Counted from the stretch's first letter, positions 10,275 to 19,033 are shown. The stretch: 50,000 nucleotides of DNA from Tubulanus polymorphus (GCF_964204645.1 NW_027437482.1:1-50000), one strand, 5' to 3'. Notes: generated by a model not told the origin, from the sequence alone. A program made the numbers and translations.

Positions 10275-12575
10275 GTGGTCAACCTCACACGTTCACTCCG
10301 CCTAAGTCCGGCGCAACATCAGCTACTCCGAAAGGGCCTCACTTATTGCCCGACTCCAAAAATCGGTTCTGATGCCGCCGCGACCGAGCGCACCAAGGGA
10401 GTGTGCCGATTCAACCGGCTAGTGAAACTCGACCATCACTTCCGAGACAAACCGGACCGCGAGGCTCCGCGTTTCCGTCTGCCCAGCAGTTGGGCTCCGG
10501 ATGAAATAGAACCAGTAATCGCCGGGTTCTGCAACGACGCGCACGAATTGGCTCAACAAACCAGGGATACGCGTCGCGTAAATGATAACCTCACTAAACA
10601 GGAACGCGAAGCCCTCCAGCAGCTGCGTGACAACACTAATATTGTCATCAAAGCCGCCGATAAGGGTTCCGCTACGGTTATCATGGACCGCGACGACTAC
10701 GTCCACGAAGCCATGCGCCAACTAGCCGATCTCGAGTATTATCAGCCGCTGCAGCAACCGATCTTCGAACAGACCGGGGAAGAAATTCGCGAAATCATCG
10801 AAAATATGGCTCGACGAAAAATCATCCCGCTAAAAACCGCCGAATATCTATTACCGCCCGATAATCCGAAACAGAGGCAGTTCTATCTGCTTCCCAAAAT
10901 CCATAAAGAACGCGAGAAGTGGACGGTACCCGATCGCGTACCGCCGGGGAGACCGATCGTCTCCGACTGCGGCTCCGAAACCTACGAAATTTCGGAATGG
11001 ATCGACTACTATTTGCAGCCGATCGCCCGCGGTCACCCGTCGTACGTCAAAGATACCAACCACTTTCTAGATATTTTGGCCGGTAAACAATTTAGCGCCG
11101 ATGCGTTACTCGTCACCATGGACATCGATTCGCTCTACACCAACATCCCCCACGAAGAGGGTATCGCCAGCATCCGACAAGCTCTCCGAGATAACCCGAA
11201 CCCGGGACGCCCGGATGCCGAGCTGCTGAAACTACTCGAAATCAGCCTGAAGAAAAATGACTTTAACTTTAACGAAAACACATATTTACAGGTAAAAGGT
11301 ACCGCAATGGGTAAGCGTTTTGCTCCTTCTTATGCCAATATCTTTGTAGCCGAATGGGAAAAAGAAGGTCTGTCCAGAAGCGAACTCCAACCATCGCTAT
11401 ACGCTCGGTTCATCGACGACATCTACATAGTTTGGGAACACGGCCGCGAAACGTTGATGCAATTCATCGACGTCCTACAAACAGTGAGCCGATCCATCAA
11501 ACTCAAGTTCGAAATCAGCGACACCAGCGTCAACTTCCTGGACGTAACCACTTTCAAAGGCCCGCGATTCGAGACAAGTGGCACAGTAGACACCAAAGTC
11601 TACTTCAAACCAACCGATTCGCATCAATTACTACATCGATCCTCGTTTCACCCTAAACACACATTTTCCGGTATAGTTAAAAGTCAAATTCTCCGGTTCC
11701 GGCGCATCTGCAATAACGATTCGGACTTACACGCAGCGTCCGGAACCGTCCTTAAAGTACTCAGAGGTCGTGGCTACAAAGACCGCGAACTGCGACACAT
11801 CAAAAGCCAAGCTCTACGGCACCACGCCGAACGAGATCTACGAGAACAACAACGGGCCGACGAACCGCCGAAAAAGCGTTTACCGCTTATCTTACCTCAC
11901 TCCGAAGCCAACCGAACCCTAGCCCGTAACATCCGAACCAGATTTACGGAACTGGCTACGGCCACCGGCCGGTCTGACGAGGTAACCACGGTCACCGCCT
12001 ACACCAAGCACAAGAGTCTCAAAGATCTCCTAACTTCGTCGCAGCTCAAACCCACGGAGCCACCCCCTCCCCGAGTCCCCTCTTCACCGCATCGTAACAG
12101 AAATACTTCCGTTGTTTCCAATTCTTCTATTTCCAGGTCTACTCAAAGAACTCCGTCAACCCGACGTCGAGGCACCGAGAAATGCAGAACACCGAGATGT
12201 CGTACGTGTCCACTCGTCCGAGAAACAACCGTTTGCCGCAGCCACAACAAAATGCACGCGATCCGCAGCACAATTAATTGCGCGACCCGTGAAATTGTAT
12301 ACTGCATCGAATGCACCAAGTGCAACATGCTGTACGTCGGCCAAACCGGAATGTCTCTACGAGAACGCGTCACTCATCACGTCTCACGCATCAGAACGAA
12401 GAATTCGACTCCAGTCTCGGACCACTTCAACCAAGTCGACCACACCCGCGAACACTTTCGGGTGTACGGTCTCCAACACCTACCAGGCTCCACGAGACCG
12501 ATCCGCGAAGCAGCCGAACAAGACTGGATACGACGACTCGACACGAACACGCCCCGAGGCATGAACGTCCCGTAG
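10275..12575 (+). CDS. PLE ORF2: reverse transcriptase + GIY-YIG endonuclease (copy 1)
   Basis: PLE RT motifs KAADKG, FYLLPKIHK, GRPIVS, DIDSLYTNIP, GTAMG, RFIDDI, FLD and YFKPT. Linker CRTPRCRTC. Endonuclease motifs IVYCIECTKC..YVGQT, R, H, E and GMN. There is no ATG start, and the frame is open upstream to the slippery site at 10110. Confidence 0.95.
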   Translation: MVNLTRSLRLSPAQHQLLRKGLTYCPTPKIGSDAAATERTKGVCRFNRLVKLDHHFRDKPDREAPRFRLPSSWAPDEIEPVIAGFCNDAHELAQQTRDTRRVNDNLTKQEREALQQLRDNTNIVIKAADKGSATVIMDRDDYVHEAMRQLADLEYYQPLQQPIFEQTGEEIREIIENMARRKIIPLKTAEYLLPPDNPKQRQFYLLPKIHKEREKWTVPDRVPPGRPIVSDCGSETYEISEWIDYYLQPIARGHPSYVKDTNHFLDILAGKQFSADALLVTMDIDSLYTNIPHEEGIASIRQALRDNPNPGRPDAELLKLLEISLKKNDFNFNENTYLQVKGTAMGKRFAPSYANIFVAEWEKEGLSRSELQPSLYARFIDDIYIVWEHGRETLMQFIDVLQTVSRSIKLKFEISDTSVNFLDVTTFKGPRFETSGTVDTKVYFKPTDSHQLLHRSSFHPKHTFSGIVKSQILRFRRICNNDSDLHAASGTVLKVLRGRGYKDRELRHIKSQALRHHAERDLREQQRADEPPKKRLPLILPHSEANRTLARNIRTRFTELATATGRSDEVTTVTAYTKHKSLKDLLTSSQLKPTEPPPPRVPSSPHRNRNTSVVSNSSISRSTQRTPSTRRRGTEKCRTPRCRTCPLVRETTVCRSHNKMHAIRSTINCATREIVYCIECTKCNMLYVGQTGMSLRERVTHHVSRIRTKNSTPVSDHFNQVDHTREHFRVYGLQHLPGSTRPIREAAEQDWIRRLDTNTPRGMNVP

Positions 12576-12616
12576 ACCGCCTCACTACAACAATTAACTC
12601 TCACTACTTTTTTACA

Positions 12617-12717
12617 GGGATAACCCGCTGCCCGTGCACTAGTGGGGTCTCCAAACCTTCGGTTTGGTCCCCTAACCTCTATCTCTAAACCTAACCTTAG
12701 CCCGTGCCAGGTTTCCC
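12617..12717 (+). ncRNA. Structured PLE 3' RNA domain containing the telomere-complementary priming motif (complete only here and at 35618-35718)
   Basis: Closing helix GGGA(T)AACC/GGTTTCCC, hairpin CGCTG..TAGTG, hairpin CCAAAC-CTTCG-GTTTGG within GGG/CCC, then CCCTAACCTCTATCTCTAAACCTAACC. Five copies end at this motif and continue into (TAACCC)n. Confidence 0.7.
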
Positions 12718-14900
12718 TCGTAAATTATCTTAACTGATTAATTATTAATCATCAATCTATTTGCAGAATCATCCTCCGTCGCCTGAAGCAGAAACCCGCT
12801 CAGAGACAGAGTACAAAACAAACTCCAAGATCACAAGCTCCACAGGAATCATCAACCTTTTATCTTTTAATTAGTTCTCTCTGCTTTACTTTGAAAACTC
12901 AATCGAAATTCAGTAAGTAAGAAGACAGACCAAATATCAGAAACAGTTAGAAAAATAAACAAAAGCGCGATATCGGGAACCGAACCCTAACCGCTAGTAC
13001 AGACTGGTTGCCTGTCCCAGGACGATAGAAACCGGTAACCAGTCCACCGCTATTATCTATTTCGAAAATATGCGTCAGCACTGAGATTATATCATAGAAA
13101 CACACGAAAAGTGTTAATTAATCTATTATAAATTTAGAAAGAAAGGGAATCTAGAATAGGTAAGAATATACTCAATTACTAAAAACGGCGCGCCTGATCG
13201 GGATTCGAACCCGCGGCACCCGAATTAAGCTCCGGAGAATACTCGGGAACCGTACCCGCCGCTCCGAAATTAACCGCTAGTACTGACGGGTTGCCGGTGC
13301 CCCGCGTTAGATACCGGTAACCGGTCCACCGCTCTTATTTATTTTGAAAATATGCGTCGGCACTAAGATTATATCGTAGAAACATCTGAAAAGTACTATT
13401 GTATCCGTCAAAGATTCGGAATTAAAAGGAATCCAGAATAGGTAAAAAACATTTGAAAAGAACTATTCAATTACTAAACGGCGCCTGGTCGGGACTCGAA
13501 CCCGCGGCACCCTAATTAACCTCCGTTTAATCTATAACGTTCGGTCGGGGACCTAACCCGCTACGTCCTAATTAACTATTATCGTACCCACGCGCCAACT
13601 CTTGGAGCATACTCTATATAGATCCGGGTGTCAAGTTTCAAATTTCTCTAAAACAGACAGTTTATTTTCGGATAACAATTCTAATGAGATCGCTCAAAAG
13701 TATTAGTAGCTATATTCAAAAACCGCACTATAGGTTGTAGAAGTATAAGAAGTTTATAGGATAAATAATAGTCCACGGACATCAATCACTGTTTACAAGT
13801 CACTCATAATTAGTGACCGATCGGCCACCTGCGCCTCTTGACTAATTATCCGACTCAATTCTATACAAAATCGCAGTTACGACGCCTTCAAACTCATCAG
13901 TTTTTTTCAAAGAACACAGCCCAATATTCCCGATTCAAAAAGAGTTTTATATCACGTATATATTTCAACCTTCGGATTAAAGAAGAGATCATAGTGTTTT
14001 TGAACCACTCAAACTACGCAAGCTTAAACCGATTTACTGAATACCCGCGCTCCGGTCTGAATATATTTGTCACATGTTCAAGTTCACATAGCTTTACTCG
14101 ATCCTAATAACTCTAAATAAGCGTAGTTTATCTAATAGAATTATATTTAAGAACTTAGAATTAAAACAGACGTATTAGTAAGACATTTCTATCAAAACTC
14201 GCCACCCATAATTAGGGCTAATTAACCACCCGCGCTCACTCAGTAATTTAGATCTTACGGGTTATAACTTCCTACTAAATCGCCGACGCCGCGCTGTCTA
14301 ATTCATCCAATTTTCGGTAGAATACCGCGTAGATATTTCAAAATCCGCTCTTAAAAGCTTTAGAATACGGAGAAAACTTGATTAACTAAGAACCGGATTT
14401 CACCATTTACGACTATTTAGTATACACGCGTATATCGGAATACGCCTCGGCCGCGCACCGCTAATTAACGCGTCTAAACTAATTAGGAATTAAGCAATTT
14501 TGAAACTGAACTCGGACATATTTCGAACATTCCGGTTCACGTATATTAATAATACATATTCTAGATTTCTCTTTATAGAAAACACTTTGAGTATTTATTA
14601 GGTTATATCGAAATAAACTTTTCAATTCTATATTAGACACGCCGTTCTTTAGATCTTTAGAACTATACATCAAAGCAAACTATTCAACAGCTAGATCAAG
14701 GGCCATAATTAGTGCTGTTTTCTAGTCACTCTGGATCAAAGGCATAATTAGTCAGACCCCTAGTTTGTCTATTAGCTTGATCACAGAAGTACAATTAGTC
14801 TAGATCACAAGGTCTCATATGGTCACTTAACTTCTAACTCGAATACTGTTCACTTGTTGCGCGCTGCGTGTATAAAAACCCGTGTCTAATCCTAGTTCAG
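12697..14900 (+). mobile_element. 2.2-kb AT-rich non-coding spacer of the long (6.34-kb) element unit: 3' extension plus promoter of the next copy
   Basis: A near-identical copy lies at 35698-37902. AATAAA at 12954-12959, two internal modules of about 270-280 bp, and a TATA box at the 3' end. Confidence 0.85.
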
Positions 14901-14901
14901 C
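14871..14901 (+). promoter_or_regulatory. Pol II core promoter (TATAAAA + Inr-like TCAG)
   Basis: TATAAAA at 14871-14877 and TCAG at 14897-14900. Telomere-joined copies start at the corresponding CATG about 30 nt downstream of the TATA box. Confidence 0.7.
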
Positions 14902-16461
14902 ATGATTCCTGCACTGACACTGACGAAGGCAACCTCGCCGAAATATCTGTCAATGGAGCGATCTACTCGAAAGAAGAAACGACCACCAGCTGAGAAGACC
15001 AGCAAGGGCGGAGGACGCCCTGAGCGACACCAGCAACCCGGGATGTCGCCGAAAAATTACTATAGAGCTCTTCAAGTGGCGCACCACCTTGCCCAGTTGA
15101 GCTCTGGTCCGAAAGCGATTCGGAGGAAGAAGGACCATCTGAAGATGTTCCTGCGGCCGGCGGCTTGCACCGAAGCAGTAACGGTGCAGCTGCACGCTGC
15201 CGCGGACGTCTGGATGGAGACAGTTTCGAAAGAGCGGACCATCCATTACGCTGCCACATTTGTTCAGCTAATGGGTGATCCTCTGCCGGACTGTCTATCA
15301 GCACAGGATGTCGCCCTGACATGGGCCCGGAGGAATTTCGGCTCCCGTCTAAGCCCCGGAACGATCCGGCTTTTCAACATCGCGCTGGATTTGCGGTCGA
15401 AATTCCGCGGTCAGGCTCTGTCTGACAAACTCAGAAATGTCCTATCTAACCCACCTTCTTCCCCTTCTCATTTCAGGTCACACCACCAGGAGGCACCCAC
15501 GGAACCGAAGATTCGTCCGCCGCCGAGACCGAGCCGGAAGATTCGAAAGCCCGCGACGCCGAGGACGCCTGCACCAACCGCAGCCGCGCCCGCCGCGCCC
15601 ACAGCGCCTCCTTCTTTTTCTGATTCCAGGTCACCGAGAAGCTACGCGGATGTCACCAGGACGCCACCAACCAGAATGGCGCCACCACCGAGAAGTCCGA
15701 TGCCGACGCCGCCGCCGCCACCAAGAAGTACGACGCCACCGAGAAGTCCGACGCCGCCGCCTCGAAACCCGACGCCGCCGCCGCCGCAGAGAACGCCGAC
15801 CGCACCAACCAGCAGTCCGACGCCGTCTCTCTCTTCTTCTCTTTCCAGCTCTCCGTCTCATTACAGGTCACCAGGGCGCCTACTGCCAGCGCGAAGTCCG
15901 ACGCCAACACCGAGACCGATGGCGCCCCAGGAAGTTCGCCGTCATCCGAATACGGGTCGGAAGAAACAGGATTGGAGTCTGCCACCAACCCGGCGACCCA
16001 TTCTGGTGATTGGTGACTCAAATCTGAGTAACATCACATCAAGCCGCCGTCCGGATGACGTCCAGATCGAGAGCTTCCCCGGCTGCAAGATAGCTCATCT
16101 CGCCGACCTGATCGATGCTGTACCGGAGCGCCGAGATCGCCCGGATACGGTGATCATCAGCGTCGGAATCAACAACCGCGACAACAACTTCGAAGCGACC
16201 GCCAAGAAGACCACACAGCGCCTGATCAACGCCGCAGTCAAGAAGTATCAGCACTCGTTCGTCCACTTCGTTCAACTGAACACGACCCGCGAACACCAGC
16301 AGTTCGCCCGGAAGTTCAACGAATTCCTCGAGATTCACGACGACGTCACCGCGATACCACCCATCGATGATCGACGCTTCAGAGTTGTTGGAGACGGGAT
16401 CCACTGGAACCGTGGTACAGCTAACACCCTGCTGGACCACTGGCTCAGTGGTTTAAACTAA
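14902..16461 (+). CDS. PLE ORF1: basic N-terminus, Pro/Ser/Thr-rich linker, SGNH/GDSL esterase
   Basis: SGNH blocks ILVIGDSNL (I), SFPG (II), VIISVGINN (III) and DGIH (V), plus RSPTPPP repeats. The real start may be the second ATG (14953, MERS), downstream of the ribozyme cleavage site. Confidence 0.88.
   Translation: MIPALTLTKATSPKYLSMERSTRKKKRPPAEKTSKGGGRPERHQQPGMSPKNYYRALQVAHHLAQLSSGPKAIRRKKDHLKMFLRPAACTEAVTVQLHAAADVWMETVSKERTIHYAATFVQLMGDPLPDCLSAQDVALTWARRNFGSRLSPGTIRLFNIALDLRSKFRGQALSDKLRNVLSNPPSSPSHFRSHHQEAPTEPKIRPPPRPSRKIRKPATPRTPAPTAAAPAAPTAPPSFSDSRSPRSYADVTRTPPTRMAPPPRSPMPTPPPPPRSTTPPRSPTPPPRNPTPPPPQRTPTAPTSSPTPSLSSSLSSSPSHYRSPGRLLPARSPTPTPRPMAPQEVRRHPNTGRKKQDWSLPPTRRPILVIGDSNLSNITSSRRPDDVQIESFPGCKIAHLADLIDAVPERRDRPDTVIISVGINNRDNNFEATAKKTTQRLINAAVKKYQHSFVHFVQLNTTREHQQFARKFNEFLEIHDDVTAIPPIDDRRFRVVGDGIHWNRGTANTLLDHWLSGLN
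14915..14952 (+). ncRNA. Minimal type I hammerhead ribozyme
   Basis: Stem I TGACA/TGTCA, core CTGACGA, stem II GGC-AACCTC-GCC, GAAA, palindromic ATAT in place of stem III, predicted cleavage after C14947. Minimal hammerheads are typical of PLEs. Confidence 0.75.
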
Positions 16462-16616
16462 GTATTAGTGAGACCAACGGGTCCACTATTGGTGAGTTAA
16501 ATCAACCGGAATTAACCAATGCTTCTCTGATTTCTTCCATTTCCAGGTCCGACGAACACGAAGAACCGGCACCAAACCAAGCGCGACGCGATCCGGTCAC
16601 CGCTCTCGGGAGCCCG

Positions 16617-18917
16617 GTGGTCAACCTCACACGTTCACTCCGCCTAAGTCCGGCGCAACATCAGCTACTCCGAAAGGGCCTCACTTATTGCCCGACTCCA
16701 AAAATCGGTTCTGATGCCGCCGCGACCGAGCGCACCAAGGGAGTGTGCCGATTCAACCGGCTAGTGAAACTCGACCATCACTTCCGAGACAAACCGGACC
16801 GCGAGGCTCCGCGTTTCCGTCTGCCCAGCAGTTGGGCTCCGGATGAAATAGAACCAGTAATCGCCGGGTTCTGCAACGACGCGCACGAATTGGCTCAACA
16901 AACCAGGGATACGCGTCGCGTAAATGATAACCTCACTAAACAGGAACGCGAAGCCCTCCAGCAGCTGCGTGACAACACTAATATTGTCATCAAAGCCGCC
17001 GATAAGGGTTCCGCTACGGTTATCATGGACCGCGACGACTACGTCCACGAAGCCATGCGCCAACTAGCCGATCTCGAGTATTATCAGCCGCTGCAGCAAC
17101 CGATCTTCGAACAGACCGGGGAAGAAATTCGCGAAATCATCGAAAATATGGCTCGACGAAAAATCATCCCGCTAAAAACCGCCGAATATCTATTACCGCC
17201 CGATAATCCGAAACAGAGGCAGTTCTATCTGCTTCCCAAAATCCATAAAGAACGCGAGAAGTGGACGGTACCCGATCGCGTACCGCCGGGGAGACCGATC
17301 GTCTCCGACTGCGGCTCCGAAACCTACGAAATTTCGGAATGGATCGACTACTATTTGCAGCCGATCGCCCGCGGTCACCCGTCGTACGTCAAAGATACCA
17401 ACCACTTTCTAGATATTTTGGCCGGTAAACAATTTAGCGCCGATGCGTTACTCGTCACCATGGACATCGATTCGCTCTACACCAACATCCCCCACGAAGA
17501 GGGTATCGCCAGCATCCGACAAGCTCTCCGAGATAACCCGAACCCGGGACGCCCGGATGCCGAGCTGCTGAAACTACTCGAAATCAGCCTGAAGAAAAAT
17601 GACTTTAACTTTAACGAAAACACATATTTACAGGTAAAAGGTACCGCAATGGGTAAGCGTTTTGCTCCTTCTTATGCCAATATCTTTGTAGCCGAATGGG
17701 AAAAAGAAGGTCTGTCCAGAAGCGAACTCCAACCATCGCTATACGCTCGGTTCATCGACGACATCTACATAGTTTGGGAACACGGCCGCGAAACGTTGAT
17801 GCAATTCATCGACGTCCTACAAACAGTGAGCCGATCCATCAAACTCAAGTTCGAAATCAGCGACACCAGCGTCAACTTCCTGGACGTAACCACTTTCAAA
17901 GGCCCGCGATTCGAGACAAGTGGCACAGTAGACACCAAAGTCTACTTCAAACCAACCGATTCGCATCAATTACTACATCGATCCTCGTTTCACCCTAAAC
18001 ACACATTTTCCGGTATAGTTAAAAGTCAAATTCTCCGGTTCCGGCGCATCTGCAATAACGATTCGGACTTACACGCAGCGTCCGGAACCGTCCTTAAAGT
18101 ACTCAGAGGTCGTGGCTACAAAGACCGCGAACTGCGACACATCAAAAGCCAAGCTCTACGGCACCACGCCGAACGAGATCTACGAGAACAACAACGGGCC
18201 GACGAACCGCCGAAAAAGCGTTTACCGCTTATCTTACCTCACTCCGAAGCCAACCGAACCCTAGCCCGTAACATCCGAACCAGATTTACGGAACTGGCTA
18301 CGGCCACCGGCCGGTCTGACGAGGTAACCACGGTCACCGCCTACACCAAGCACAAGAGTCTCAAAGATCTCCTAACTTCGTCGCAGCTCAAACCCACGGA
18401 GCCACCCCCTCCCCGAGTCCCCTCTTCACCGCATCGTAACAGAAATACTTCCGTTGTTTCCAATTCTTCTATTTCCAGGTCTACTCAAAGAACTCCGTCA
18501 ACCCGACGTCGAGGCACCGAGAAATGCAGAACACCGAGATGTCGTACGTGTCCACTCGTCCGAGAAACAACCGTTTGCCGCAGCCACAACAAAATGCACG
18601 CGATCCGCAGCACAATTAATTGCGCGACCCGTGAAATTGTATACTGCATCGAATGCACCAAGTGCAACATGCTGTACGTCGGCCAAACCGGAATGTCTCT
18701 ACGAGAACGCGTCACTCATCACGTCTCACGCATCAGAACGAAGAATTCGACTCCAGTCTCGGACCACTTCAACCAAGTCGACCACACCCGCGAACACTTT
18801 CGGGTGTACGGTCTCCAACACCTACCAGGCTCCACGAGACCGATCCGCGAAGCAGCCGAACAAGACTGGATACGACGACTCGACACGAACACGCCCCGAG
18901 GCATGAACGTCCCGTAG
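16617..18917 (+). CDS. PLE ORF2: RT + GIY-YIG endonuclease (copy 2)
   Basis: Same motifs as 10275-12575. Confidence 0.95.
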   Translation: MVNLTRSLRLSPAQHQLLRKGLTYCPTPKIGSDAAATERTKGVCRFNRLVKLDHHFRDKPDREAPRFRLPSSWAPDEIEPVIAGFCNDAHELAQQTRDTRRVNDNLTKQEREALQQLRDNTNIVIKAADKGSATVIMDRDDYVHEAMRQLADLEYYQPLQQPIFEQTGEEIREIIENMARRKIIPLKTAEYLLPPDNPKQRQFYLLPKIHKEREKWTVPDRVPPGRPIVSDCGSETYEISEWIDYYLQPIARGHPSYVKDTNHFLDILAGKQFSADALLVTMDIDSLYTNIPHEEGIASIRQALRDNPNPGRPDAELLKLLEISLKKNDFNFNENTYLQVKGTAMGKRFAPSYANIFVAEWEKEGLSRSELQPSLYARFIDDIYIVWEHGRETLMQFIDVLQTVSRSIKLKFEISDTSVNFLDVTTFKGPRFETSGTVDTKVYFKPTDSHQLLHRSSFHPKHTFSGIVKSQILRFRRICNNDSDLHAASGTVLKVLRGRGYKDRELRHIKSQALRHHAERDLREQQRADEPPKKRLPLILPHSEANRTLARNIRTRFTELATATGRSDEVTTVTAYTKHKSLKDLLTSSQLKPTEPPPPRVPSSPHRNRNTSVVSNSSISRSTQRTPSTRRRGTEKCRTPRCRTCPLVRETTVCRSHNKMHAIRSTINCATREIVYCIECTKCNMLYVGQTGMSLRERVTHHVSRIRTKNSTPVSDHFNQVDHTREHFRVYGLQHLPGSTRPIREAAEQDWIRRLDTNTPRGMNVP

Positions 18918-19033
18918 ACCGCCTCACTACAACAATTAACTCTCACTACTTTTTTACAGGGATAACCCGCTGCCCGTGCACTAGTGGGGTCTCCAAACCT
19001 TCGGTTTGGTCCCCTAACCTCTATCTCTAAACC

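Larger units (their letters stand above)
8816..12696 (+). mobile_element. Neptune-type Penelope-like element, copy 1 (5'-truncated by about 257 nt)
   Basis: Nearly identical to 15158-19038. It begins within ORF1 at CGGCGGCTTGCACC, joined directly to the 335-bp array. Confidence 0.93.
14901..19033 (+). mobile_element. Neptune-type PLE, copy 2
   Basis: Intact ORF1 and ORF2; ends at the telomere-like motif followed by (TAACCC)5. Confidence 0.95.

Noticed and set aside
9095-12688. Overlapping alternative-frame and antisense ORFs (190-aa Arg-rich, 133, 150, 125 aa and others), repeated in each copy
   Set aside because: These are shadow ORFs of GC-rich, low-complexity coding sequence with no motifs.
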